Source: an uncultured Acidiferrobacteraceae bacterium (GTDB taxonomy: Bacteria; Pseudomonadota; Gammaproteobacteria; Arenicellales; UBA868). Taken from it: a stretch of DNA of 64,000 nt. The stretch lies in assembly GCA_964630665.1 (NCBI GenBank), contig CAZVVN010000006.1, forward strand, positions 1-64,000. The letters run 5' to 3'. Within the stretch, counting starts at the first letter, position 1. Every line of letters starts with the position of its first letter. A model generated the notes under the pieces. It saw only the letters and a program-made list of their open reading frames with translations, was not told where the DNA came from and ran no database searches. Shown one piece after another: positions 38,870 through 47,590 of the stretch. A program made the position numbers and the translations under genes.

Positions 38870-39565
38870 TCATGCGACCTCATGTTGCGAGCCCGATTCG
38901 ACCGTGGCAAGGTAGTCCAGCACCCGGCTCAGTGGCTCGACATCGCCGAACTTGGCGTCTATATCGAACAGATTCCATTCAGTCACTGCCGGTACGCGGT
39001 CTCCTACGGCCTCTCGGACCACGATCGGCCGAAACCCCTCGGCAATCGCGTCTTCTGTGGTGTGTCTCACACAACCGGCCATCGTGACGCCGGTAATGAT
39101 TACTGTATCCACGTCCTGTGCCCGCAGGAAACCTGCCAGATAGGTTCCGTGAAATCCACTGGCACGTTTCTTCTCTATCACCATCTCGTTGTCGAGCGGC
39201 GCAATTCGGTCATCGATAGCACAAGTTTCACTGCCGGCCTGCAGTAACTCCGCCGGAATCTTCTTGTGCCACAGACCCATGTCCGTGGGATCGCCTTGGG
39301 TGACATTGTAGGCGGTGGTCGTGAACACGATCGGAATACCAGCGGCGCGGGACGCTTTGAGCAAAGCCTGGGTAGAAGGGATGATGACATCCATGTTGTC
39401 GCAGAAAAAGACATTGCCGGGGCGGGTCCAGGCATTGGCAAGGTCGATATTCAAAAGTGCCGGACGCTTGCCGAATCCGATCCGCCGCTGGAATCCCCGC
39501 TCCTTGTACAGCGCCGAATCAATGGCGAAGATCTTGTCTAATGCATCCTGAATCTCGTCTGACAT
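38870..39565 (-). CDS. Isochorismatase-family cysteine hydrolase, closest in motif content to N-carbamoylsarcosine amidase (CSHase), cluster 3
   Basis: 231 aa. Motifs are ERGFQRRIGFGKRPALLNIDLANAWTRPG, IDDRIAPLDNEMVIEKKRASGF and ITGVTMAGCVRHTTEDAIAEGFRPIVVRE. They match my recollection of the Arthrobacter CSHase family, including the GCVRH catalytic-Cys context. This is unverified. Confidence 0.75.
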   Translation of the reverse strand: MSDEIQDALDKIFAIDSALYKERGFQRRIGFGKRPALLNIDLANAWTRPGNVFFCDNMDVIIPSTQALLKASRAAGIPIVFTTTAYNVTQGDPTDMGLWHKKIPAELLQAGSETCAIDDRIAPLDNEMVIEKKRASGFHGTYLAGFLRAQDVDTVIITGVTMAGCVRHTTEDAIAEGFRPIVVREAVGDRVPAVTEWNLFDIDAKFGDVEPLSRVLDYLATVESGSQHEVA

Positions 39566-39783
39566 TTGCTCAATTTCCTGAAACGCCGGTCACCATAACA
39601 GGCGTTCACTCCTGTTGATCGGAATCGTCATCCACAAAGCCAACGCTGTACACCGGCAGTCTGGACAGTGTCCAGATCAGTATACATCACCCCATCCGGC
39701 GTCGGCCGGGTAGCAGGGCTGCGGATCACGTCTTCTACCCCTTTGCAACAATCGCGCACGGCGATATTCAACCGACCTTGGAT

Positions 39784-40764
39784 TTAGCCGTTGATCTGGC
39801 TTAACTTAGGCAGAACCTCCTGTGCAAATCGCTCCATGTGATCGAGGCGCTCCTCGTAAGGACCGACCAGGTCGAGAATAATATAGCGAACGCCGGCATC
39901 ATAGAACGCCCGCAGATTCTCGGCAATCTGCTCGGCAGTGCCCAATGCGCAGTAGCGCTCGGCGGCCCGCCGGAAGTCCATGTTGTAGCGCACGCTCAGG
40001 CTGTGGCTTGCAACATCCAGAGCCGTTTCGTAATCCGTGTCGAGGCGGGTGTAAAGCAAGTGTGCTGTAGCAAAGTACGGGCTGGTACGGCCCTCCTTCC
40101 GGTAGGCGGCTCCTATCGTGTCCAGAGCAGCACGGTACATGGGCGGCGTGACCACGTAGCTCATCCAGCCGTCGGCCATCTGACCCGCGCGGCGCAATGC
40201 CGCGTCAGACCGCCCACCCAGCCAGATCGGCGGACCGCCTGCCTGGCAAGGTGCTGGTTCCATGAGAATATCCTGGAAACTGAAATGCTGGCCCGAATGA
40301 CTGACCCGCTGTCCGCTCCACAATTTTCGGATGACCTCGATGGATTCGCTCAGCCGGCTGCCGCGTTCATCACGGGGCGTCCCGGCGACATTGAAATCGC
40401 TGTCGAACTCTCCTCCCACACCCATGCCAAAAATCAGCCGCCCGTCGGACAACAGATCGAGGGTCGCGATCTGTTTTGCGGTCGGGCCAGGATGGCGCAG
40501 TGGCTGCAGGAACACCGCCGTGCCGATCTTCAGCCGGGTACTGAAGACAGCGGCCTGAGCCAGCTGAACGACTGGATCGAGTATCGGAATTGCAAATGCC
40601 AGGTGGTCACCCACCCAGATGGAATCGAAGCCCAGCTGCTCAACCCGCTCCACTACGTCACGCCCGTCCTGCTGGTTCGGTACCCAGGGTGTGTCAACGG
40701 GCTCGGTCCGTCTGTAGATGGTTTGAATTCCGAACGTCAGACCTTCGGCGAGTGGCAGCGTCAT
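39784..40764 (-). CDS. LLM-class flavin-dependent oxidoreductase (luciferase-like monooxygenase family)
   Basis: 326 aa. GFDSIWVGDHL, the GRLIFGMGVGG region and a C-terminal AGVRYIIL TIM-barrel signature are typical of the F420/FMN-dependent LLM family. Confidence 0.75.
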   Translation of the reverse strand: MTLPLAEGLTFGIQTIYRRTEPVDTPWVPNQQDGRDVVERVEQLGFDSIWVGDHLAFAIPILDPVVQLAQAAVFSTRLKIGTAVFLQPLRHPGPTAKQIATLDLLSDGRLIFGMGVGGEFDSDFNVAGTPRDERGSRLSESIEVIRKLWSGQRVSHSGQHFSFQDILMEPAPCQAGGPPIWLGGRSDAALRRAGQMADGWMSYVVTPPMYRAALDTIGAAYRKEGRTSPYFATAHLLYTRLDTDYETALDVASHSLSVRYNMDFRRAAERYCALGTAEQIAENLRAFYDAGVRYIILDLVGPYEERLDHMERFAQEVLPKLSQING

Positions 40765-40852
40765 ACCAGATCATCCCGAGTATGTGATACCAGGTGTATC
40801 TTAACAAAACACCCGTCATTACCTGGAGTGGCATTCACTATTCAGGAAGCAA

Positions 40853-42166
40853 TTGTTCAATCTCCTTACTGCTCCTCTGGCCTGCCTAGGCTCGGTGGAT
40901 AGCTTGACACCGCAGCAGCTGCCCTGCGAGGCTTGCGCTGCACCCATGAACGCCTACGATGACATGACAGCGCGACAACTGCATCTGGAAGACCCCCGTC
41001 AGGCGATGGTCAAGGGACCGGAGATCCGTATCAGCGGGCAGCCAGAAGGTCTCCTCGCTGGCCGGCGCTTCGTGGTCAAGGACCTTTTCGATGTCGCCGG
41101 TATCCCTACAGCTGCGGGCAGCCCCGACTGGAACCGGGGACAACCGAACCCTGGCCGTCACGCGGCAGCAGTTGAGACGCTTCTCGACGCCGGCGCACAG
41201 CTGATCGGCAAAACTATCACCGACGAGATCTCTCTGGGGATCCTTGGAGAGAACGTCTTTGACGGTACGCCGCAGAACCCGGCTTGTCCGGGCCGGGTGC
41301 CTGGTGGCTCATCGGCCGGCTCCGCTGCTGCAGTGGCGGGGAATTATTGTGACTTTGCCCTTGGAAGCGACACCGGCGGCTCGGTGCGCGTACCTGCGAG
41401 CTTCTGCGGCATATACGGAATGCGGCCGACCCACGGGCGAGTGGCCGTCGACGGCATGCTGCCCCAAGCACCCTCCTCCGATACGGTCGGCTGGTTCGCC
41501 AGAGAAGCCCGCGTCCTGAGCGAGGTCGGCAGGGTATTGCTGAATGAAAACATTCCGGACAGTCCACCGAGCACGCTGCTCATCGCGCGCGATGCGTTCT
41601 CTTTTGCCGATCAGTCCGCCCAGATCGACCTGCAACCTTTACTCGATCGGCTCAGCTCGTTGTTCGACGATGTCAATGAGGTCAACATGGCGGTCGAAGG
41701 CCTGGTATGCTGGTCCAGGGCACAACGCACGATCCAGCCGGTAGAAGGCTGGCAGAGCTTTGCAGGCTGGATCGATACGCATAACCCCCGCCTGTCGTAC
41801 ACGGTCGCCCGAAACCTCTTTCTCGCCTCGCAGACATCACAGGACGATCTGAGCTGGGCGAGGCTGATCCGCAGGCAAGCCAAAGCAAGGATGAAAACTC
41901 TTCTCCAACCGGGAACCATACTGTGCCTGCCAACTACACCGTTCTGTGCACCGCCGACCGGGCTGCCGGTGCAGCAGACCGATGAACTGCGGATGCGGAT
42001 CTCGGTGCTCTGCTGTCACGGCGGCCTGACCGGTGTTCCCCAGGTCTCCATTCCAGGGACCACAACAGGCCCAGACCAGGCCCCCGTTGGCCTGTCAGTC
42101 GTTGCCGGTCACAATCGGGATACCGAACTGCTTGCTGTTGCGGCGGCACTGGAGGCCACCTCATGA
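40853..42166 (+). CDS. Amidase-signature family amidase (AtzE/HpxW-like context)
   Basis: Amidase signature GGSSAGSAAAVAGNYCDFALGSDTGGSVRVPASFCGIYGMRPTHGRV. Its stop overlaps the start of the downstream NTF2-like gene (ATGA). The exact start is uncertain: the N-terminal helical region is short. Confidence 0.75.
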   Translation: MFNLLTAPLACLGSVDSLTPQQLPCEACAAPMNAYDDMTARQLHLEDPRQAMVKGPEIRISGQPEGLLAGRRFVVKDLFDVAGIPTAAGSPDWNRGQPNPGRHAAAVETLLDAGAQLIGKTITDEISLGILGENVFDGTPQNPACPGRVPGGSSAGSAAAVAGNYCDFALGSDTGGSVRVPASFCGIYGMRPTHGRVAVDGMLPQAPSSDTVGWFAREARVLSEVGRVLLNENIPDSPPSTLLIARDAFSFADQSAQIDLQPLLDRLSSLFDDVNEVNMAVEGLVCWSRAQRTIQPVEGWQSFAGWIDTHNPRLSYTVARNLFLASQTSQDDLSWARLIRRQAKARMKTLLQPGTILCLPTTPFCAPPTGLPVQQTDELRMRISVLCCHGGLTGVPQVSIPGTTTGPDQAPVGLSVVAGHNRDTELLAVAAALEATS

Positions 42167-42570
42167 CCGAATCACCGGAAATCAATCGAAGGGACGTGGT
42201 GGAAGAGATCCGCGAATTGTTCGAACGCTATGAGTCTGCTCTGATCAGCAAAGATGTCGAAGTCCTGGATAGCTCGTTCTGGGACAGTCCACACACGATC
42301 CGCTACGCCATGCATGAGAACGGTTATGGATTCGACGAGATCCACCAACACCGCGTGTCGCGGAAGAAAGGACCGGGGATCAAGGAACGAAGACGACGCC
42401 TCGAGATCCTGACGTTGGGTGATTCGTTGGCGACCGTCAACCTCGAGTTTCAGGTCAGAGGATCCGAGGACATCGGTCGTCAGAGCCAGACCTGGGTCCG
42501 GTTTCCCGAACTTGGTTGGAAAGTGGTGTCGGCCCACGTCTCAATCATGGATCAAGAACCGCGCTGGTGA
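42163..42570 (+). CDS. NTF2-like/SnoaL-like small protein, possibly AtzH/HpxZ-like (DUF3225-type)
   Basis: 135 aa. It ends ...QTWVRFPELGWKVVSAHVSIMD, reminiscent of DUF3225/AtzH-like proteins that follow AS-amidases in ureide catabolic operons. It is translationally coupled to the amidase. Confidence 0.5.
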   Translation: MTESPEINRRDVVEEIRELFERYESALISKDVEVLDSSFWDSPHTIRYAMHENGYGFDEIHQHRVSRKKGPGIKERRRRLEILTLGDSLATVNLEFQVRGSEDIGRQSQTWVRFPELGWKVVSAHVSIMDQEPRW

Positions 42571-42619
42571 GCCGGCTGCTTGCTAGGCCCGACTACAGAC
42601 GAACCCAGGAACTCTCCGT

Positions 42620-43324
42620 ATGAAAGACCATGACTTGACTTGGAAAGCAGCGGCCAGCGTGTCCGCCGCCATTACCACACGACACTCGATCCGCCGCTTC
42701 TTATCTACTCCTGTCAGCCGTACCCAGGTGGAACAGATCCTGGCGCTCGCCTGCCGCTCCCCCAGTGGCACCAACATGCAGCCCTGGCACGTTTGGGTAC
42801 TCGCCGGCGAGCGAAAACGTGCCCTGTCGTCGGCACTGAGCGTCGCCCACGACCAGGACCCTTCTACCTGGCAACCGGAGCACCGCTACTACCCGAAGGA
42901 ATTCAAGGAACCTTATCGGTCCCGCAGAAGAAAGGTCGGCTGGGATCTCTACGGCCTGCTCAAGATTGAACGCGGAGAGAAAGACAAAATGCACCGCCAG
43001 CACGGGCGAAATTTCCTTTTCTTTGATGCTCCTGTGGGACTGATCTTCGCCATCGATCGGGACCTGGAAATCGGCAGCTGGCTGGACTACGGCATGTTTA
43101 TTCAGAACGTGATGCTGGCAGCGCGAGAGATCGGGCTTCACACCTGCCCGCAGGTCGCTTTTACTGGTCATCACAAGGTCATCCGTGAGCATCTGGATAT
43201 TCCGGAGACCCAGGTGCTGGTGTGCGGTATGTCGCTCGGCTATGCTGACCCGGACGCGATCGAGAACAGTCTGATCACGGAACGCGAGCCAGTTGACAAC
43301 TTCGCCCGGTTTCTCGATCTTTAG
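42620..43324 (+). CDS. Nitroreductase family protein
   Basis: 234 aa. TRHSIRRFLSTPVSRTQVEQILALACRSPSGTNMQPWHVWV is a typical nitroreductase N-terminal FMN-binding motif. Confidence 0.75.
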   Translation: MKDHDLTWKAAASVSAAITTRHSIRRFLSTPVSRTQVEQILALACRSPSGTNMQPWHVWVLAGERKRALSSALSVAHDQDPSTWQPEHRYYPKEFKEPYRSRRRKVGWDLYGLLKIERGEKDKMHRQHGRNFLFFDAPVGLIFAIDRDLEIGSWLDYGMFIQNVMLAAREIGLHTCPQVAFTGHHKVIREHLDIPETQVLVCGMSLGYADPDAIENSLITEREPVDNFARFLDL

Positions 43325-43354
43325 CCCCATGAACGCGAAAAACAGGACACAGCG

Positions 43355-43645
43355 ATGACCCAGGCAAGACCCCGCGCAACACCCACGGTCCAAATCGAAA
43401 ACGACTGGATGATCGTAACGGAGTGGCGCTTTCCGCCCCACGGTGAGACCGGCTGGCACGTCCATCAGTACGATTACGTGGTGGTCCCGCTGGTCACCGG
43501 GCAGTTACTGCTGGAGACGCCTGACGGCGAAGGGACCGCCGAACTCGTTACCGGGCAATCCTATACCCGAAATGCCGGCATCGAACACAACGTGATCAAC
43601 AACAACGACTACGAATTTGTCTTCATCGAGGTCGAGCGTAAATAG
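43355..43645 (+). CDS. Cupin domain protein
   Basis: 96 aa. GETGWHVHQYDYVVVPLVTGQLLLETPDGE is the two-His cupin motif 1, and GQSYTRNAGIEHNVIN is motif 2. Confidence 0.6.
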   Translation: MTQARPRATPTVQIENDWMIVTEWRFPPHGETGWHVHQYDYVVVPLVTGQLLLETPDGEGTAELVTGQSYTRNAGIEHNVINNNDYEFVFIEVERK

Positions 43646-43685
43646 CCTGACTCACGGCCTTACCAACCTTTCGAGATTGAGCGCA

Positions 43686-44333
43686 ATGAAACCTGATCCG
43701 AACAGTGTACACACCAAATTCAGTACTCTTCGTGACATGATGGGCGACCCATCGGAACTGGCTGTTCGCAAGAGCATCACCAGACTCGACAAACACTGCC
43801 GCGAATTCATCCGTCGTTCACCGTTCGTGTGTATCGGCACCTCCAACGGCAAGGGCAAAGCCGACGTCAGTCCCAAGGGTGACCCACCCGGATTTGTTCA
43901 GGTACTGGACGATCAAACGCTGTTCATACCGGACCGACCTGGTAACAACCGGCTCGATTCGATGTCCAACCTGGTCATGAACCCCGCCATTGCATTGTTG
44001 TTTCTGATTCCGGGATTCAATGAAACCCTGCGGGTCAACGGTCAGGCCGTGATCGTTCAAGACGATACCCTTAACCAACAATCGTCGATCAACGGCAGAA
44101 CACCAAAAGTCGGTATCCAGGTGTCGGTAGAGACTGCTTTCCTGCATTGCGCAAAAGCGTTCAAACGCTCGAAGCTGTGGGAACCGGAAAGCCGGCAGAA
44201 CCGAAAGGAAATGCCCTCGCTTGGACAGATCATCATCGAACAGGCGACACCTGCAGGACAAAGCGTCGAACAGGACGAAGTGGTGCGCGCCGAACTGGCC
44301 ATAGAGAAAAGCAGCAGGACACGCCTTTACTAG
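43686..44333 (+). CDS. Pyridoxamine 5'-phosphate oxidase-like FMN-binding protein (MSMEG_1061-type)
   Basis: The ORF track starts at 43617 and overlaps the cupin gene. The ATG at 43686 (MKPDPNS) removes that overlap. ADVSPKGDPPGFVQVLDDQTLFIPDRPGNNRLDSMSNLVMNP fits the PPOX-like split-barrel family. Confidence 0.6.
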   Translation: MKPDPNSVHTKFSTLRDMMGDPSELAVRKSITRLDKHCREFIRRSPFVCIGTSNGKGKADVSPKGDPPGFVQVLDDQTLFIPDRPGNNRLDSMSNLVMNPAIALLFLIPGFNETLRVNGQAVIVQDDTLNQQSSINGRTPKVGIQVSVETAFLHCAKAFKRSKLWEPESRQNRKEMPSLGQIIIEQATPAGQSVEQDEVVRAELAIEKSSRTRLY

Positions 44334-44364
44334 CAGCAGGGCGAACCGACTGCCAGCACGCCAC

Positions 44365-44811
44365 TCAGGTCATTTCTTCCAGTGACCTGATGCTGTTGGT
44401 CAGTCTGGCCGGAAAATCACTTTTTTTCTGGCTCTTATAGTCGAATCCGACAATCTCCGACCTGCCGTGGGCGGCGACCTTCTGGTGATTGATACTGAAG
44501 ACGACATGCTGCATCACGAAGTAATCTGACCCCAAGTCTATTACTTTACCCCCGACCAGAATTCGGTCAGGAGCCGTCAGGGGCAAGCGGAAATTACATT
44601 CTACAGATTTGAGTATGCCACTCCTGCCCGAGGTCTCCCCTGACTCACGAAGCTGGATCTGGTCGAAGTATGCAAACCGGGAAGTCTCCATCCAGCGGAT
44701 GTATGCGGTGTTGTTGACATGCCGCATGGAATCCATTTCACCCCAGACGACAGGGAGTTCGATGACAACCGGAAAAGCGTCGTAGACCGCTTGATCAGAG
44801 TACAGTTTCAT
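44365..44811 (-). CDS. Acyl-CoA thioesterase, hotdog fold (YbgC/4HBT-like)
   Basis: 148 aa. VIELPVVWGEMDSMRHVNNTAYIRWMETSRFAYF is a typical 4HBT/YbgC N-terminal motif with the catalytic Asp. Confidence 0.65.
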   Translation of the reverse strand: MKLYSDQAVYDAFPVVIELPVVWGEMDSMRHVNNTAYIRWMETSRFAYFDQIQLRESGETSGRSGILKSVECNFRLPLTAPDRILVGGKVIDLGSDYFVMQHVVFSINHQKVAAHGRSEIVGFDYKSQKKSDFPARLTNSIRSLEEMT

Positions 44812-44814
44812 GGA

Positions 44815-45774
44815 TTATTGGCAGATCCGGCAGAGTAGTTCGACGTTCCGCAGGCCTTCTTCGCCGGAGACTTCAGGATCGCGACCTTCCCGAATCGAGG
44901 TAACGAAGTCGGCAATCTCGCCGGCATAAGGATTCACCTCGGTAAATCCGATCTCTCCTTCGTGGGTGTCGATGCGCCCGCCACCCCCGCGACCGAGTGT
45001 CTGGTCACAGTAAGCGTATCCCTTGCTGCCACAGATCTCTCCCCGGTTCGGCGCTGCGAAAAGCGCTGATGAGACAAACTGCGCGACAGCTCCGGACTCG
45101 AACTGCAAACCGACCGCTGCCGACTCGTCGTGCTGGCTGCCCAGTATGTTTCGCGTGATGGTACTGGTGACTTCAACCACTTCGCCACAACCAGGGGTCA
45201 GCATCCAGCGAAGCCAGTCGAGGCTGTGGGTTCCGACACCGGCAAGACTCCACCAACGTCCGACCTCATCGTGAGCCCGCCAGTTGCCGAAATCCGGCGC
45301 CTGGAAGGTCCACTGAGCCCGTGCATAGCGAATCTCTCCGAAGTCCCCCCGGTGAACCCGTTCGGCCAGCGCCCGGTGCCCCTGGTGCCAACGCATGTGG
45401 TAAGCCACGCCGAGGCGCACATCGGCACTTCGACAAGCTGCGACTATCGCCTCGGCATCCGCAACCGTGGTCGCCATGGGTTTCTCGACCAGCACGTGCT
45501 TCCCTGCGGCAGCAGCTGCGATGGCCTGTTCGGCGTGGAGCTTGTCCGGTGTTGCGATCACCACCGCATCAAGATCAGGGTCGGCCAGGAAGGCCCTCAG
45601 ATCATCGAACCCAGGCATTGGCGCCTGGGCGCTGTTCTGCCGGGCAAACTCAGTGGCCCGGTTTTTCTCTCGACTCAGGACACTCCAGAGCACCGCGTCT
45701 TCAACTTCGGCAATCGCGGGCGTCAACGCATCACGACTGATGTTTCCGGTACCGATCATTCCCAGACGAAGCAT
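44815..45774 (-). CDS. Gfo/Idh/MocA family oxidoreductase
   Basis: Rossmann motif LRLGMIGTGNISRD. The ATG at 45774 is preceded by AGGGGGAAAAGG, whereas the ORF-track start at 45822 has no RBS. The EKP motif is VLVEKPMATT. Confidence 0.8.
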   Translation of the reverse strand: MLRLGMIGTGNISRDALTPAIAEVEDAVLWSVLSREKNRATEFARQNSAQAPMPGFDDLRAFLADPDLDAVVIATPDKLHAEQAIAAAAAGKHVLVEKPMATTVADAEAIVAACRSADVRLGVAYHMRWHQGHRALAERVHRGDFGEIRYARAQWTFQAPDFGNWRAHDEVGRWWSLAGVGTHSLDWLRWMLTPGCGEVVEVTSTITRNILGSQHDESAAVGLQFESGAVAQFVSSALFAAPNRGEICGSKGYAYCDQTLGRGGGGRIDTHEGEIGFTEVNPYAGEIADFVTSIREGRDPEVSGEEGLRNVELLCRICQ

Positions 45775-45927
45775 GCCTTTTCCCCCTGACCAAAAGCACG
45801 ATTCTACAATTCGCAATCTCATTTACAATACAAATTCGTATCGCCCGGAAAAGCGAAGCCGCTGGCCCATACACCGCCGGTCGAACATCGGGAACCGGAC
45901 TCAGCTGTCTACAGCCCCAGTGAATAC

Positions 45928-46395
45928 ATGCAAGGCCTGATCCTGCTCGTCTCAGTTACCCTGCTTTATGCGGGTTACAACCTGTTCGTCAAGGTGTCGA
46001 GTGGACATGTTGCAGAGAAGGTCACCAGTACCGTGCTCGCGACCATCTGCCTGCAGTTCACCGCCCTGCTGGTCTCGACCCTGTTCGCGATCTACCTGCT
46101 CAGAAAGGGTGGGCAGGTCCTGGCACTCGGCCCGCCCGCCTATGGCTGGGCTGCGGCAGCAGGCCTTTGTATCGGCGCAGCCGAGATCGGGTATTTCTAC
46201 CTGTTTGGCAATTTCAGTGCAGGAAAGTCGATCCCTGCAAGCATCGTGATTCCAACAGTCGTCTGCGGCACGGTCATTGTGGCACTGCTGGCGTCACGAT
46301 TTCTGTTCAATGAGGCCCTATCCATCGTTCAGATCGGCGGCGTCGTGATCACCATCACGGGCATCGTCATGATCTACGCGGGCAGAACCGCCTGA
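45928..46395 (+). CDS. Small EamA-like/DMT-superfamily membrane protein
   Basis: 155 aa with about 4-5 TM segments, an N-terminal LFVKVSS... and a C-terminal GIVMIY, as in single-domain EamA/DUF6 proteins. Confidence 0.45.
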   Translation: MQGLILLVSVTLLYAGYNLFVKVSSGHVAEKVTSTVLATICLQFTALLVSTLFAIYLLRKGGQVLALGPPAYGWAAAAGLCIGAAEIGYFYLFGNFSAGKSIPASIVIPTVVCGTVIVALLASRFLFNEALSIVQIGGVVITITGIVMIYAGRTA

Positions 46396-46502
46396 CGCTG
46401 GGAAAATTCCCGCAGCGACAAAGGTCCGTTGACTCTACGACAAACCGGACACCGGCTGTCACCACAGAAGATCGCTGTAAAGCCTGGCTTTGTTGCCCGC
46501 CG

Positions 46503-46906
46503 CTAGTCCGGCCCATCGACGGTATGTGTTTTGAAGTCCGCCGGCGCAACGATTTCCAGAACCTCGAAGTCTTCTGACATCTCGATCTCCCGGTGTTTAA
46601 TCATCGGGATCTGGTTGATGCAGTCACCTTTGCGGATCGTTCTCACGCCCTGGCCCTCCCATTCAAAAGTCGCCCAGCCGTTCAGGACAAAGGTCATCTG
46701 GAAGGTACAGTCATGCACGTGCCACTGCTGGACACTGTCCTTTTGCTGCTTGCCGTTGTTTCGGATGACCTGTGCCACATAGTCCCCTTTGGTGCCGCCG
46801 TCTATTCCAAGGTAACGGTAGGATAGAATCTTCCGCAGCCCTTCTTCCCACACCGCGTCCTTGGCTTCGCTGTGCACGTATGTCCAACCTTCTTTTTTGC
46901 CCATGA
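46503..46906 (-). CDS. Cupin domain protein
   Basis: The ATG at 46906 (MGKKEGW) has AAGGAG 6 nt upstream. The ORF-track start at 46979 lacks an RBS. HVHDCTFQMTFVLNGWATFEWEGQG and DFEVLEIVAP are cupin motifs. Confidence 0.55.
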
Positions 46907-47037
46907 CTGCTCCTTGACTGGTAAGTTGGCGATAGAAGATTGTACCGCGCGCCAGATACACCGGGAAAGAATGTGTCACTCGACCCCGCCTTTGTTACCA
47001 TAGGCCGCTACTCAGCCTGACCAGGAGAAACAAAACA

Positions 47038-47307
47038 ATGACCGTTACCGTTATTATTTCTGTGGAGGTGAGCGATTTCGACGAGTGGAAAACCATGTTC
47101 AACGAAATCGAGAAGCAGCGTGTTGCGGCAGGTATCCATGCTAAGCCTTACCGGAAACCCGGCGACCCGAATGCGGCCTATGTCATTGGCAGCGCGCCTT
47201 CCAAAGAAGCCTTCACAGCATTTATCACTTCCCCGGAACGGATGAAGATTCAGAACAGCGGCATTATCACATCTCAACCGACAATCACATTTCTGGAAGA
47301 CGGCTAA
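47038..47307 (+). CDS. Hypothetical small protein (89 aa)
   Basis: A good RBS (AGGAGAAACAAAACAATG) sits upstream. No recognisable family from sequence alone. Possibly ferredoxin-like fold. Confidence 0.35.
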   Translation: MTVTVIISVEVSDFDEWKTMFNEIEKQRVAAGIHAKPYRKPGDPNAAYVIGSAPSKEAFTAFITSPERMKIQNSGIITSQPTITFLEDG

Positions 47308-47590
47308 CTCAAGACTACATTCATATCTCTTAGAACGGGATTAGTATTCGTTTCAGTGCCGCACTCGCAGAAGTAGAGTTTGCTGGGATCGGATGAACAC
47401 AATGGACCTTGCAAATCACTTTTCAATAAGGATCAATCTACCTTATCTCTTTCAAGAAGATCTCCGCTGATCCTATGTAATAATGCTGTATCGTTCTCCA
47501 TGGCTCACGGGTTATTCGACCGTATCGACATAGGCAAAGCTCTTGAATTCACCGTCGACTGCGCTACCATTGCTGCAGAGACAATACGTT

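Noticed and set aside
39838-40902. 354-aa plus-strand ORF covering the whole LLM oxidoreductase gene region
   Set aside because: It is antisense to a well-supported LLM-family CDS. It is Arg/Pro-rich with no family signal.
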